A stretch of 64,000 nt of DNA from Eledone cirrhosa (GCA_964016885.1 OZ024744.1:34472001-34536000); one strand, 5' to 3'. Counted from the first letter of the stretch, positions 38,536 through 52,137 are shown. A program made the numbers and translations. The notes: a model not told the origin generated them from the letters alone.

Positions 38536-38536
38536 T

Positions 38537-38646
38537 ATGGAATGTTCCAGTAAAAACCCCAATAAAATGCAGGCATAACAGACCAGATATAATGGTATGG
38601 GACAGGGAAAAGAAGACATGCACAATAGTGGAAGTTAGGTGCCCAG
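38537..38646 (+). pseudogene. Fragment of a restriction-like endonuclease domain from an R4/Dong-type LINE
   Basis: WNVPVKTPIKCRHNRPDIMVWDREKKTCTIVEVRCP. Confidence 0.65.
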
Positions 38647-38649
38647 TGA

Positions 38650-38995
38650 GTGTGTGTTTATTTATTCATATGTTTATTTACTTGTCACTAGTTGGTTGAT
38701 TGTTCTATCTGTGTGTGCTGGTTTATTTTATTAGTTTAGTTTTTGTGTGTGTCTGTATGTCTTCATTTTGTCCTTAGTTACTAGTTGTGATGTTGCTATT
38801 CCACTCATGTTTTCTGTTTAATTTTGGTTGGAGTTTGTTTATATTTATCGCATCTGTGATTTGTCTAAGCATTGCATCTTTTCTGTGTGTGGATATCATC
38901 AACATACTGATTGCAGATTTAGTAAGAGTGATGAGGAACGTGTCCTGCATGTGAAATCCTAAAGAATCAGAGAGTCACAAATATCACTTCATCCA
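38650..38995 (-). mobile_element. Naiad-like PLE 3' fragment (minus) joined to an inverted upstream piece (plus, 38895-38995)
   Basis: 38690-38890 resembles 12180-12380. 38895-38995 resembles the reverse complement of 12997-13100. Confidence 0.75.
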
Positions 38996-40560
38996 CCGCC
39001 TACTGAAGGTATACGGAAGTTTCACAGGAGCGAAGCTGAACCGGGACAAGTCCATCGGTTTGCAACTCGGATCGTGGAGAGGCAAACCGATGCCTTCCGA
39101 TGGCGTCGTCGGACGCTGGACGGAAGGACCAGTAAAGCTGCTCGGGGTCTGGTTTGGTCCGGACCTCCAGGTGGAGAAGAACTGGAACGAAGTGACGGCC
39201 AAGGTGTTTGCACTCACCCAGAAGTGGGCCGAGTGCAAACTATCATTGAAAGGTCGAGCGGAGGTGGCGAACACTTTCATAGCGTCCGCCATCTACTACC
39301 GCTTGACCGTCGTGCCTTGTCCAGCCAAAACGCTTGCCAAAATGGAGCGCGCACTCTTCCGATTCCTTTGGAAGAGGCGGGCTCCTTTGGTGAGAAGATC
39401 CATCTGCTGCCAACACCCTTCTAACGGAGGGCTGGGGATGCCGTGGTTGACGATGCGCAAACACGCGCTCAGGCTGCGGCATCTCTACTTATTCCTCACC
39501 GGACAACCGGTGTGGGCCCCGTTCGTGAGGCGAGCCTTCCCACGACTCGTCTCGCTGACCGAGCTGCAGTCCTGGGTCAAGCAAAGACCGAGGAAAATGG
39601 GCGACTGGCACATCGAATGTGCTCAGGCGCTCACAGCCCTCTGGCAGGCGGACCCGGCGATCAGTGGAGACTCCACTTCGTCATTCTATAGAGGGTTGAT
39701 CCGCAGCAAGTGCGACGACGCGCTCGGTGAAACTCTAGGCGTAGAGGAAGATGAACTGGCAAGTCTGTTCGGTAGGACCTTCCGCCCGGGACCGATGGAC
39801 AACTTCCAAAAGTCCCTGGCCTGGCAGTGCTACCGAGGAGCTCTACCAGTTCGAGACAAGCTCTACAGACATGGGCGCCCGGGCAGGGATCCTGCAAAAA
39901 ACATCTGTCCGAGGTGCGTGCGAGACGAAGAAACCGTCGCGCACGCATTCATACACTGCCCGAGCGTCACTGACCTGTGGGGCTATGTAGAATGACTATT
40001 GTCGCTGGTGGGACCAATCCAGTTGACCACCGAGTCCATTGTCATGATCAAACCGCCACCCTCCTTCAAAAACGAAGGAGAGGCGGTTTTCCTTTGTGTG
40101 ATAGCTATGGCGAAAGAGGTTGTATGGTGGACAAGGTTGAAAGGGCTGAGGTCAGACACCTTTCTCTCCGGCCAACAACTGATTCTTTTTTTCAAATACC
40201 ACTTTGGAAGAAGAATCAGGATGGAGAGAGAGGTGCTGTACCCCAGCAAGTTTTATGAAAGGTGGGTGAAAGTGGCGAGAATGGCCCGTGTGAATGGGCC
40301 TTCTCTCTATATCAGCCTGTAGGTTGAGGAAAAGGAGGAGGAGAGGAAAGGAGTACAAACTCTTCGTACTCCTGGAGATGAGAGTTGCACATTTTTTTTC
40401 GTGGGTATGTGTTACCCATATAAACTGTCTCCCTCTATTGGGGAAAATCGACTAACTTTTTAAATTCCATTTGTGATAACATTTTACACGTTTTTATTGT
40501 ATGTAAACTTCCCCTTTGTATTTGTCCCCTTCTTTTGTGCCCCTGTGGCTAATAAAGAAA
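38990..40560 (+). mobile_element. 5'-truncated L1/Tx1-clade LINE (RT end to 3' UTR) with one in-frame stop at 39993
   Basis: TGAKLNRDKS, LLGVWFGPD, LSLKGRAEVAN, GGLGMP, CPRC..EETVAHAFIHCP. AATAAA at 40551. Confidence 0.9.
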
Positions 40561-40704
40561 CATATCTATCTATATATAAATATGAATTGAGTTTGAATTA
40601 TTTTCCCACATCTTACGTTAATTATTTTTCCATTTTGACGTTATAGTCACTTATATATTATGGAATACTGTTGGCTTCACGCTCACAATAATTTCTATAC
40701 TTTA

Positions 40705-41045
<341 letters not shown>

Positions 41046-41290
41046 ATATATATATAAGTTTATCTTGGGTTCAGTCGGAGGAAACCGCAGTAAGATACTC
41101 AATACATAGCAGGGTATAGGTATTTAATACAGGACTAGAACTGTTTCTCCCAAATGAAACAGTTCTAGTTCTGTAGAATCCATTTCTATATTAAATATAT
41201 ATATTTGCATATATATTTATATATGTGTTTGTGTGTTTATATGTACTCACATACACACTTACATGTAAGTGCGCGCGCGTGTATGTGAGA

Positions 41291-41386
<96 letters not shown>

Positions 41387-42205
41387 ATGTCCCGTAACTT
41401 AGCGGCTCGATTAAAAAAGAGATTGTTAAAATAAATACTAGAGTTGAGAAAATAAATTGATTTAGTCGATTATATCGACTAAATCAATATGGACTCCAGA
41501 ATGACCGTAGCCTCGTGACCGAAACCATTAACGTATAAAAGAATAAAAGAATATATTGTCAAGCATATAGACACATTTGACCTACAATAGATGGAAAGAG
41601 GGATTGATAGATGAAGAAAGAGAGATAGAGAAAGGGGGAGAATGGAGAGAGAGAATCAGAGATAGAGGGAAAGAAGAAGAGCGAAAAAATGAACGAAGGG
41701 GATAGAGAGAAAGAGAAAGCAAGAAAAAAAAAGAAGAAACAGAGAATGTGAGAGAAGCAGAAAGGAAAGAAAAGGAAAAAGAGAGCCAGATAAACCGGAG
41801 AGGAAGAATGTGAATTCGTGCGATTGAAAAAGGAAATGAAAAAAAAAAAAATTGAGAACGAGAGAGAGGAAGCAGGAAAGATAAACAGCAGAGAAATTGG
41901 AGTGGAGTGTGAGAATGATTGTGGTGTATATACGTATGTGGTGTATATACGTATGTGGTGTATATACGTATGTGGTGTATATACGTATGTGGTGTATATA
42001 CGTGGAAAGAGTGAGTAAGAAGGTGAGTTTGAAACACAATGACATCTGCTACTCTCAATTCAGACACAAATATCGATTTTTTTGACAAGGGACAAAATCG
42101 ATTCGTTTTCTACGTTGAAGGGCATTGTAGGTTAAATCGACCTGCTAGATATAACAGCCAAATCTCATTGATATTACACTATGCTGCTTGAAAATGTAAG
42201 AACAC

Positions 42206-42266
<61 letters not shown>

Positions 42267-42267
42267 A

Positions 42268-42340
<73 letters not shown>

Positions 42341-42349
42341 TTATTAGCA

Positions 42350-42614
42350 CTTCGTCGGTTACGACGATGAGTGTTCCATTTGATCCGATGAATAGAAGAA
42401 CCTGCTCATGAAATTAACGAGCATTCCACATACACGTGTACTCTTAATATCAGGGAGATTCAGTGTGACACAGAATGTGTCCCTGCCAGCTGAGTAGACT
42501 GCAGCAAACGTGAAATAAAGTGTCTTGCTCAAGGACACTACGCGTCGTCGGGAATCGAACTCATGACTTTACATGACTTTACGAATGTGGGCCAAATACC
42601 CTAAGCACAAAGCA

Positions 42615-42620
<6 letters not shown>
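42350..42620 (-). mobile_element. Second SINE family (tRNA head with CORE-like segment)
   Basis: Minus-strand B box GAGTTCGATTCCC followed by GTGTCCTTGAGCAAGACACTT. Confidence 0.7.
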
Positions 42621-42660
<40 letters not shown>

Positions 42661-42675
42661 ATAATAATAGTATTA

Positions 42676-42733
<58 letters not shown>

Positions 42734-42789
42734 ATAATAATAGTATTAATATATATATAAATATATATATAGTAATAATAATAGTATTA

Positions 42790-42851
<62 letters not shown>

Positions 42852-42863
42852 ATAATAATAGTA

Positions 42864-42898
<35 letters not shown>

Positions 42899-42939
42899 AA
42901 GAACACAAGAGCGTCTACAACATCAAAAGGTTTTTATTG

Positions 42940-42984
42940 GCTTACAATGTTTCTTCCTTACGTAACCGTAGGATTCGTCAGAGC
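42940..42984 (-). ncRNA. Minimal type I HHR in a probable orphan pLTR
   Basis: GCU-CUGACGA-AUCCUACG-GUUA-CGUAAGGAA-GAAA-CAUUG-UA-AGC, then CAATAAA. Confidence 0.78.
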
Positions 42985-43573
42985 TATAAAAGGGGTTTGA
43001 TTGGTGTTCTGGACTCTACCAACCAAACATTCAAGAACAAAGAGTAAAGAGAGTAAAGAGCAAAAGTAGGGGACGATAAGTCTAATTTTGGTGCGGGAGG
43101 GTGGGGTGTGGGTGTTTACTAGCTGCGGTCATATTCATTCCCGGGAGTCGGGTGGTTAGCTGAACCATAGATGGGGTGGCGTCGATAGTATGGTGCAGAG
43201 GGTGTGCAGAGGCTACACAAACACAAAGGGCATACAATATATATATATATAACGGAGGAGAGAGTACATGAGGTAATTAGAAATGGAAAAAGAGTAATAA
43301 TAATAATCTATAATTAATAGTGTATAATAAGGCATGGGGAAGATTACACTATAATAAGGTATAAAAGTAAGAATAAGGTAAAATATAAAGGAGGATAAAA
43401 GTGGAAATAATAAAGATAAAAAAATAAAGATAAAAAAAATATATATAGAGAATATATAAAGAAATATAAGCGAATATTTGGAGGGGAAAACACAATGTAA
43501 AAAAACCGATTTTTTTCAAATAATAATAAAAATATAATAATTATGGGGGGAGAAAACGGGATAGAGAAATATG

Positions 43574-44211
43574 ACTAGTACAGCGTTCCTTTGTCAGTGT
43601 TGAACAAACGAGCAACGGTGGTTGCTAGACACTACGGCTTAATACGGGATGTTTGTTTACAAACACACCGAGCATTATAATAAATGTTCGGTGAATCCAT
43701 ACGTGCATATATATATGTGTGCATGTATGTATATATATATATACATACTACTGTACGTCGGTATACATATATGTATGTACGTGTACATACTTATATTTAA
43801 GTAACAGCCGTACTAAGAGTGGGAAATGAAATATCGTTTCATTTTTTCCGTTTATCGTTTTCGGTGCACCCGGCCGATTAACCCACTCGATATGCATATT
43901 GGGCTACTCAGCCGTTAATATGCATAAGGTAAGTATATACGTTCAACAATCTGGCAGGAAGGTATACGTTGCTGACGATAGCTAACAAGCTTGAAACTAG
44001 TACAGCGTTCCTTTGTCAGTGTTGAACAAACGAGCAACGGTGGTTGCTAGACACTACGGCTTAATACGGGATGTTTGTTTACAAACACACCGAGCATTAT
44101 AATAAATGTTCGGTGAATCCATACGTGCATATATATATGTGTGCATGTATGTATATATATATATACATACTACTGTACGTCGGTATACATATATGTATGT
44201 ACGTGTACATA

Positions 44212-44215
<4 letters not shown>
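43574..44215 (+). mobile_element. Retrozyme-like family B, 1.5 tandem copies with a 422-bp period
   Basis: ACTAGTA|CAGCG at 43574-43585 and 43996-44007. The two copies are near-identical. Confidence 0.85.
43967..44007 (+). ncRNA. Minimal type I HHR (family B)
   Basis: CGUUG-CUGACGA-UAGCU-AACA-AGCUU-GAAA-CUAG-UA-CAGCG. Confidence 0.88.
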
Positions 44216-44248
<33 letters not shown>

Positions 44249-44379
44249 GTGAGGGTTTTTTTTACAAAATGAAAAATAACCGAGGTGTCCTACACGAGTG
44301 AAAGTATAAAGAAAAAAAGATGAAATCGAAAATGCAACTGGAGTCTTATATTAAAAAAATATATATATTTATTTGGTTC

Positions 44380-44415
44380 CTTTACCGGTTTCGCAGTTCT
44401 TCTGCTTTTCAAAAG
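44380..44415 (-). ncRNA. Minimal HHR with a U3-A8 core in a dispersed repeat (44243-44520; second copy 56305-56520 has a GUG triplet)
   Basis: CUU-UUGAAAA-GCAG-AAGAA-CUGC-GAAA-CCGG-UA-AAG, then AATAAA. Confidence 0.72.
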
Positions 44416-44517
44416 TAGAGTTGAGATGGAGGGTCTGTGGTTTTTCTCACATCATGAGAAATATATATATTTTTTTTAACGAAGACTCCAGTTGCATTTT
44501 CGATTTCATCTTTTTTT

Positions 44518-44557
<40 letters not shown>

Positions 44558-44600
44558 AGTTAAATAAAAGTCAAATGATTAAAATTTAGCTTCGTTTATT

Positions 44601-44655
44601 ACTGCTATATATATTTCAGTGACAGCCATCTTTGGCTGTGACCTCTTCAGGCAGT
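44601..44655 (-). ncRNA. Type I HHR
   Basis: ACUGC-CUGAAGA-GGUCACAGCCA-AAGA-UGGCUGUCACU-GAAA-UAUAUA-UA-GCAGU, followed directly by AATAAA. Confidence 0.88.
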
Positions 44656-44883
44656 TTGAATTAGTATGGTATAGACAAGTACATATGTTGTTTAGGTGTA
44701 TAATATTGTCAATACTCTGATATGCCCAGTTCCTTGTTGGGTAGTTATTTCACTGAGGAACTGGAGTCATATATGACTCCAGTTCCTCAGTGAATTAACA
44801 ACCCAACAGGGAACTGGGCATATCAGATGTTGGTATACAACCAGCATACTGAGGTGTTGGTATACAACCAACATAAACTCAAA

Positions 44884-45024
<141 letters not shown>

Positions 45025-45289
45025 TAGACACACACACATATAAATATATAGAGAGAGAAACCTGGCTAAAATCAACAAGGGTTGAAGTACTTTTGTTTTT
45101 TTTTGCATACCATTCAAAAGGCCCCAAACAGTGTAGCCCCCAAATATATTCGTATCTTCTCGTATTTGCGCTTGTGTAGTTTTTATGTAAAATGAATTCA
45201 GGGTACAGTCGACATGAGGTGATTCTAACAAAAGATTTTTCCCTATATATATGAAACACCCTAATACACACACACATATATATATATAG

Positions 45290-46040
45290 ATCCTCTCATA
45301 GCTGAAGCCAGTCGCCGCCTCCAGAGCTCAATTGCAGCTCGCATTAACAGATTCATCCACGGCGTCATGGAACCTTATTCCTGGGACCTTTTTGGGGCCA
45401 TCCTGACCACTCTAAGGAAGAAAGACGGTGACATACGCCCCGTCGTTGTGGGCAATATATTCTGGTGGTTCGCTGCGAAGCTCATTTACCAATCCGTCGC
45501 CTCTGAACGAGATGAGGAACTCAGCCCAGTGCAGCTAGGGGTTGGCGTGACCTGCGAATATAAGTGGGCCACTTATACTGCTAGGCTGTAACTGTTTGCA
45601 TATCGGTATTTCTCTGAGCCTCGGCCTCAGGATCTATGAACCTCACAAGTGCTGATACTGATCCACGGTAGACTCTTTCAGTCACCACCCACTGTCAAAC
45701 TATTAGAGTGTTGGCCGCCTCCCACACCATGCATCTCTTAACGAGATCATAAAGTTTGGCTTGGATGCTGCAGGCTTCTCTTCCCAGCTCGATCCTGAGG
45801 GGTTGGACTGAGGGGAGGTTAAGTGGCCAGACGGTATAACAATCTTTCCGTTCCATAGAAGTAAACTCCTCATCTGGTATGCTACATGATGTGACACCTT
45901 CTCCAGCGCTGGATTAATGCATTCGATAACTGGCCCATCTTTGCTGTTCGTCAGGCCGAAGATGACAAACTATTGAAATATTGATCTTTCATCGATAAGT
46001 TTGTGGTCGAAACTGTAGTAGTGACTTCCGACAGGCAATT
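45290..46040 (+). mobile_element. Degenerate, internally deleted CRE-clade non-LTR retrotransposon
   Basis: FGAILTTLRKKDGDIRPVVVGN..LSPVQLGVGV (RT N-terminus), then GRLPHHASLNEII..KWPDGITIFPF..LIWYAT (restriction-like endonuclease region). Confidence 0.75.
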
Positions 46041-46049
46041 GATAGGTTT

Positions 46050-46400
46050 GCTGCTGATTCGTGCACGTCAGGAAGGCTGCAAAGTGCAGTCTAAATGTGA
46101 GTTCCACTGAAGCAGATAGAAAAGTTCAAGTATCTCAAGGCCGTGTTCATGAGTGATGGAAGGCAGGAGGTTAAATTAAGTGCAAGAATTGCAAGAGCTG
46201 GTGCAATAATGCGGCAACTTCAGCATTCGGTCATCATCAGGAGAGGTTGGTGTAAAATCCAAACTCGCTAATATGGGCATGTCGTTAGATTGTCTCAGGA
46301 AAGAATAGCTGGACAGATTTTACGGGCCAAACCAACCGGCAGAAGACCCAGGCGTAGACTCCGAGCAAGATGGTTGGATAACATCCGTGAGCTTCAAGAT
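46050..46400 (+). mobile_element. Degenerate RTE-like LINE 3' fragment
   Basis: LKQIEKFKYL..ARIARA; GHVVRLSQERIA..GRRPRRRLRARWLDNI. Confidence 0.7.
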
Positions 46401-46804
46401 TGCAAAGCAAATTGTTATGTCTATAACCCATTTGTAACATCGAAGTGCATTAAAGCAGGCAGAATTAAGTGCACTGCTTAAATACACAAAATATAACTGG
46501 GTTCCTGTAGTTTCGGGTGCTAAATATAGGATTACACTTTTTAGTGCACCAAAAACTCCTAACGAAAATGAACTATTCAGGATAAAACCACAACAGGAAT
46601 GGAACAGGACAACAATGGTACAGGTCGGGACTTTTTAACTAAGTTGGGAAGCAAGACAAAAATAACTTTACGTACCGATGAGTGGCAAGCCCCACCATAA
46701 AACGTAGGAAAATACAACACACAATATATAGGAAGGTAACTAAAAAAAAAACCCAGAATGTTAAGAATTAGTTCGAACAATGACCCTGGAACTAATAACA
46801 ATTT

Positions 46805-46997
46805 AATAATTGTTTCTACTTTTGGCACAAGGCCAGCAATTAACCCAGTGTATTACTGGTACTTTATTTTATCGACCCTGTAAGGATGAAAGGCAAAGTT
46901 AACCTCGGCGGGATTTGAACTCAGACCATAAAGGGCCGTAACTCTATGCTGCAAATCATGGCGTCCGACCCTCTACCGATACTGCCAATGCACCGCC
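46805..46997 (-). mobile_element. Near full-length tRNA-derived SINE
   Basis: Reverse complement of the 22895-23075 family. Confidence 0.85.
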
Positions 46998-47607
46998 CTT
47001 ATAACAATTTAATAATAAGAAAAGTAAAAAAAGATATGAAACGAACTTATTTGACCACCTCGACAGTCGTCTTACAAAGAAGTGAGATAAAGGCATGATG
47101 GGAAGGTCACGTGTCAACAGGCAGTGTGTTCCAGACTGTAGTAATGGACACCGTATGAGGAACAGTTAGTGAGTGAGAGAGAGAGAGAGGGGGGGGGGGG
47201 GGAGAAAGTCACAACATTATTAAACTACTAGTTTGAGTATCAAAAGTAAGGTGCATCGGTTTCGATAATAAAAATAGTCCAAATTTAATACATGGAGAAA
47301 TCGTAGGAAGACACTGAGATTTTCTGCTCATCAGCTGTCAACTGGCTGTCATTGTAGTTTCGAATAAAAAAAAAACAGTATTACTACTCTCCCAAGTGCA
47401 GCAATGGTCACCAAGGGAAGAGAGCTTTTCAGGATGAATATACAAAGATACAGGACAAAACAACAATGACACTTCGTGGACTTTTCAACAGATGGAACTG
47501 ACACCTGGCGAAATATGTACATACCGATACGGAACGGGAAAGTTCCTACAATAATACGTAGGGTAAACAATATGTAGAAAGGTAATCGTAGAAGAAATAA
47601 AAATATT

Positions 47608-48229
47608 GTATGTGTATATATGTGTATATGTGTATATATGTATATATATGTGTGTATGTATGTGTATATATGTGTATATATGTGCGTATGTGTATATATG
47701 TGTATATATGTGTATAGTTGTGTATATATGTGTATATGTGTATATATGTGTATATATGTGTATATATGTGTATATATGTGTATATATGTGTATGTATGCG
47801 TATATATGTGTATATATGTGTATATATGTGTATATATGTGTGTATATGCGAGTATGTGTGTATATGTGTGTATATATGTGTATATATGTGTATATATGTG
47901 TGTATATATGTGTGTATATATATGTGCACATACGTGTTTATGTGTGTATATATGTCTATATTTGTGTATATATGTGTATATATGTGTATATGTGTGAATA
48001 TATGTCTATATGTGTGTGTATATATATGTGTATATGTGTGTATATATATGTATATATGTGTATATATATGTGTATATATGTGAATATATGTCTATATATG
48101 TGTAAATATGTATATATGTGTATATATATGTGTATATATGTGTATATATATATGTGTGTATATATCTGTATATATGTGTATATGTGTGATATATGTCTAT
48201 ATATGTGTGTATATATATGTATATATGTG
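47608..48229. repeat. Degenerate (TATATATGTG)n satellite
   Basis: Direct reading. Confidence 0.9.
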
Positions 48230-48600
48230 TTCTAGGAGAAGGAAAACTCTGATATAACACCTGCAACCCTGATGGTATCCAATGATGTTGACTTGTTCTT
48301 CTTTTTGGTAAATATCATCTTGGTTAAGAGAGTGGGACTGGCTTTGTGCAGTGCCTTTGCTCACTATAAAAGCTTCACGGCACAGGCATTGCTTTATATC
48401 TGGAGATGTCTCTGCACTTGTCGTCACATGGTACCATGGGCCCAACACTGTGTCAATAATTGTCACAAGTGTAGTGTTTGTACCAGAGTTTTCAAGTCGC
48501 TGGCTGGACTAAAAGTCACACTCGTTCAGCACATCGGTAGGGGTTCTCCTACATGGATATAAAGTAGTGGCCGTACTCGAAAACGAGTTGGCAGCCACCA
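48230..48600 (+). mobile_element. ~370-bp LINE-tail-like element, copy 2
   Basis: Same start (TTCTAGGAGAAGG) and end (GCAGCCACCA) as 30073-30447. Confidence 0.65.
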
Positions 48601-49133
48601 TATGTGTGTATATATGTGTATATATGTATATATATGAGTGCATTGCACATGAACCAAAATAGGAACCCGTCACTGAAGAGACGTACATACATATATACTT
48701 ACACACATAGACACACACACACACACACACACAATACACACATACAATACACACACATACATATATATATATTAATATGTGTGTGTTGTGTATGTGTGTG
48801 TGTGTGTGTGTGTGTTATATTGAAGATACAATCGTGTATGAGTTGTAACAATATCACAATATACCACGAGGTGCTTAACCCATGCATGGTACTGCGCCGT
48901 CGTACCACACACTGTCCTACCAACGGAGTCAATATTGAGGTTATAAAATTGTACAAATCCATAGGTTAATCAACAACGGTTGAATATTATCAGTGAGTTA
49001 AAGATCATCAAATCATCCAATAAAGACATCAAAATCACTGATATATTTCACAAATTAATTATGATCATCAATAAAATTTAATACAGTTAACATTCAATAA
49101 TCAATAATTGGTTGGATCTTCTACGGCCAGCTA

Positions 49134-49172
<39 letters not shown>

Positions 49173-49252
49173 TTATTCCGGGTTGAATCGGAGGTAACCA
49201 CAGTAAGTAAGATACTCAATACATTGCAGAGTATAGCTGTTTTAATATAGAA

Positions 49253-49305
49253 GGGCTTCTACAAGACTAGAACTATTTCATTCGTGACAAATCATCAGGA
49301 AGCTC
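49253..49305 (-). ncRNA. HHR motif in a palindrome (49240-49362) with a back-to-back plus-strand copy
   Basis: GAGCUUC-CUGAUGA-UUUGUCACGAAU-GAAA-UAG..UUG-UA-GAAGCCC. Helix II is weak. Related decayed copies at 33601-33650 and 41130-41180. Confidence 0.6.
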
Positions 49306-49355
49306 TGATGATTTCTCACGAATGAAACATTTCCTATCCTGTAGAAGCTCTTCTA

Positions 49356-49399
<44 letters not shown>

Positions 49400-49680
49400 T
49401 ATGTACACGGACATACATATATGTATACAGACGTACAGTAGTATGTATATATATATACATACTACTGTACGTTTGTATACATATATGTATGTACGTGTAC
49501 ATACTTATATTTAAGTAACAGCCGTACTAAGAGTGGGAAATGAAATTTTGTTTCATTTTACCCGTTTATATATATATATATATATAGTAATAATAATAAA
49601 TTTGAAGACTAAAATCCAAAGAGGGCTCGATAAGGATAGATATATAACAAATATATAAAAACCGTAGGGCAAATACTTAT

Positions 49681-49726
<46 letters not shown>

Positions 49727-51608
49727 ATTAAAGATACAGCCGTGTATGAGTTTGATCTCTTTTTTTTATCAAAGATCCGCTCATATTTTCCCATGACTCA
49801 CATCTCTACTTTGGAACAGCAGCTTTCGTAACTTCTTTAACATTTAAAGATATTCTCGTCCTCTTTCTCCAATTTCTGAATGAAATGCTAATAGTATCGG
49901 GGTATTGTTGCTGTGTTTTACAATGGGCAACAAAAGACATTGGGAATACTGTTATAACTGATGAACTCATCATCGCAAGATGCTATATTTTATATTCTAT
50001 TTTTATATTAATAGAGCTTCTATACTTAATCCTGATCGTGTGGAATTCTATAAAAAAATGGTAGCGCTATTAACTAATGTTTTGTTTTGTTTTCATTAAA
50101 AAAGATATTAAAATGTGTTAGTGTGACTCCTTGCTGTAAATGCATGATCAACCAGCTGATTAATGTAGTTTATAACTGATTTCTATTATACATTGATCGT
50201 CTGAATTATGTTCAATGGCATACAAAGTTTATAGTTTCCTTTTGATGTGAAGGGATTTCATTGTTTTCATGGTAATGCAGTCTATTAATTTTGTAGTTAT
50301 GTGTGATACATGCTGTGTTCTGTTTTACGGGTTTTAAATGGTATGTCCATTTATTCTGTAACTAGGGTGTAGAACTTCCGTTACAGTTTTGAGGTCGGAG
50401 TGACTTAAATATATATACTGTACATATGTATTATTATTAGCTCGTGATTTTTTAGTACCAATACGAGACAAAGAAAGAAATTAAAAACATGATTATACTA
50501 ACATATTTAGAGTTAATAGAAAATTAGTGTAGTATAACCAAAGTAGAAGTATATTGTTTGTTTGCTTGTGTGTTTTGCTAATGATAGACATAATATAATT
50601 TACAGCTATTTACATCTTTGATGGTATAGCAATAGCTCGCTTTCCATTGTGTTTATTTGTACTTGTTACTTATTTGAACAGTAATACATAGTTTTTTTTA
50701 ACTAACAATACTTTAAGACCATGCTACAAGTTTCCACATTATTGGAGGGGCTTGAAACCCAAACAACGTTTAGCGCCGGAAGGCTTGGGGCGTATTTAGT
50801 TCATGTATTATAGAGAAAGATAGAAGCATATGAAATGTGAGGCTACAGTTGGATAATGAAAATTCCTTGGACTGAGAAAGTAACTCTGAAGTATTGGAAA
50901 GATGTGACTGGATGGTCCAATACCACAAGACATTAGTAGATGACAATTGCAATATTTTGAACATATATATTACGTAATTCTGTTGGAATGGATTTGAATT
51001 GACTTGTCACTATTGCAACAACTGATTGGATTGGTTACGTGAGAATGGTCAGCAACAAATTTATTGAGCTGGAAGATATGGTTAAGGATAGAGAAGAATG
51101 GAGAAGAATTGTTCATTGCATATTAGCCAACCACCAGACATAATAAAGCATGATGGTGATGGTGTAGCATACTATATGTAGTGCGTGTATGTTTCTAAGT
51201 GCTGTATTTGTTGTAAGCGTGAATTTATACTTATTCTTATTCAGGAGACTGCAGCGATGCTGGGCTATCACCATGATTTAATTAATCATATCGATCCCAG
51301 AACATAGTTTCAAAGCTGCTACATATTCTATCGATCTCTTTTTGTCGAACCTCAAAGTTACTTGTCATAAATGTACGGACGAACACACTAACCACCATGT
51401 CATTGAAATATATATTATGCAATATAACAATTATGTAAACGTAACTCTGTCTTAATTCTATTTCGTAAATGGAAAGTCCTTCACGCTTAATCGCAACCAT
51501 AATGCTAGATGTACACTACTGAAATGGAGTCCTTTTGACTGCTTAAACCGGATTGACTTTGCGGAGTTACAACGTAACCTTCACGGATAATCACCCTAAT
51601 TGTCTGTA

Positions 51609-51676
<68 letters not shown>

Positions 51677-51683
<7 letters not shown>

Positions 51684-52137
51684 ACTCTCCCGTCGATATC
51701 GGACGTATGAGTGTCCAACAAAAGTTCAGCTCTCTGGATGGCGGTGTTTCATGCGACATTTCAATCACGCCAGTGACCCACAGACCATGCCACATAGGTC
51801 GCAAGAGTTTATGGAGAGTCTTGCAGGTATCAAGGCCCGCTGCTTCGTCCCTGTTCGGTCAACACGCAATTTCTCTTTGCGACTGGATTCAAAGCTCTTA
51901 ATCGCACTATGGCACCTTTCTCTCCAGTCCTTTCTGTCAGCAGCAATTTGTTCACAATCACCGCAAGGGATCGCAAGAGCAGTGAAATTTAATTTAAACT
52001 TATCCTTATATAGTAACCACGGTCTACCAACTTTTCTGTTGCTGCTGCTAAGCTGACCATACATGAGGACCTTGGGAATTCTGTCGTCAGTCATGCGGAT
52101 GACATGACCAGATCAACGAAGCTGAGATTGCATAAGG
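51677..52137 (-). mobile_element. RTE (BovB-like) LINE 3' fragment inserted in (TA)n
   Basis: SGHVIRMTDDRIPKVLMYGQL..RKVGRP..YKD..ADRKDWR..CDLCG. Confidence 0.85.

Noticed and set aside
38950-38956. TGA at a Cys position in a Naiad-like fragment, raising a selenoprotein possibility
   Set aside because: The related copy has TGC, the fragment is degenerate, and I saw no SECIS element.
41920-42870. 17-bp tandem (TATACGTATGTGGTGTA) and four GTAATAATAATAGTATTAA units in (TA)n
   Set aside because: Ordinary slippage-derived minisatellites.
49795-49885. Possible minus-strand host exon with acceptor- and donor-like ends
   Set aside because: Stop codons in all three frames before the GTGAGT donor and no recognisable protein.
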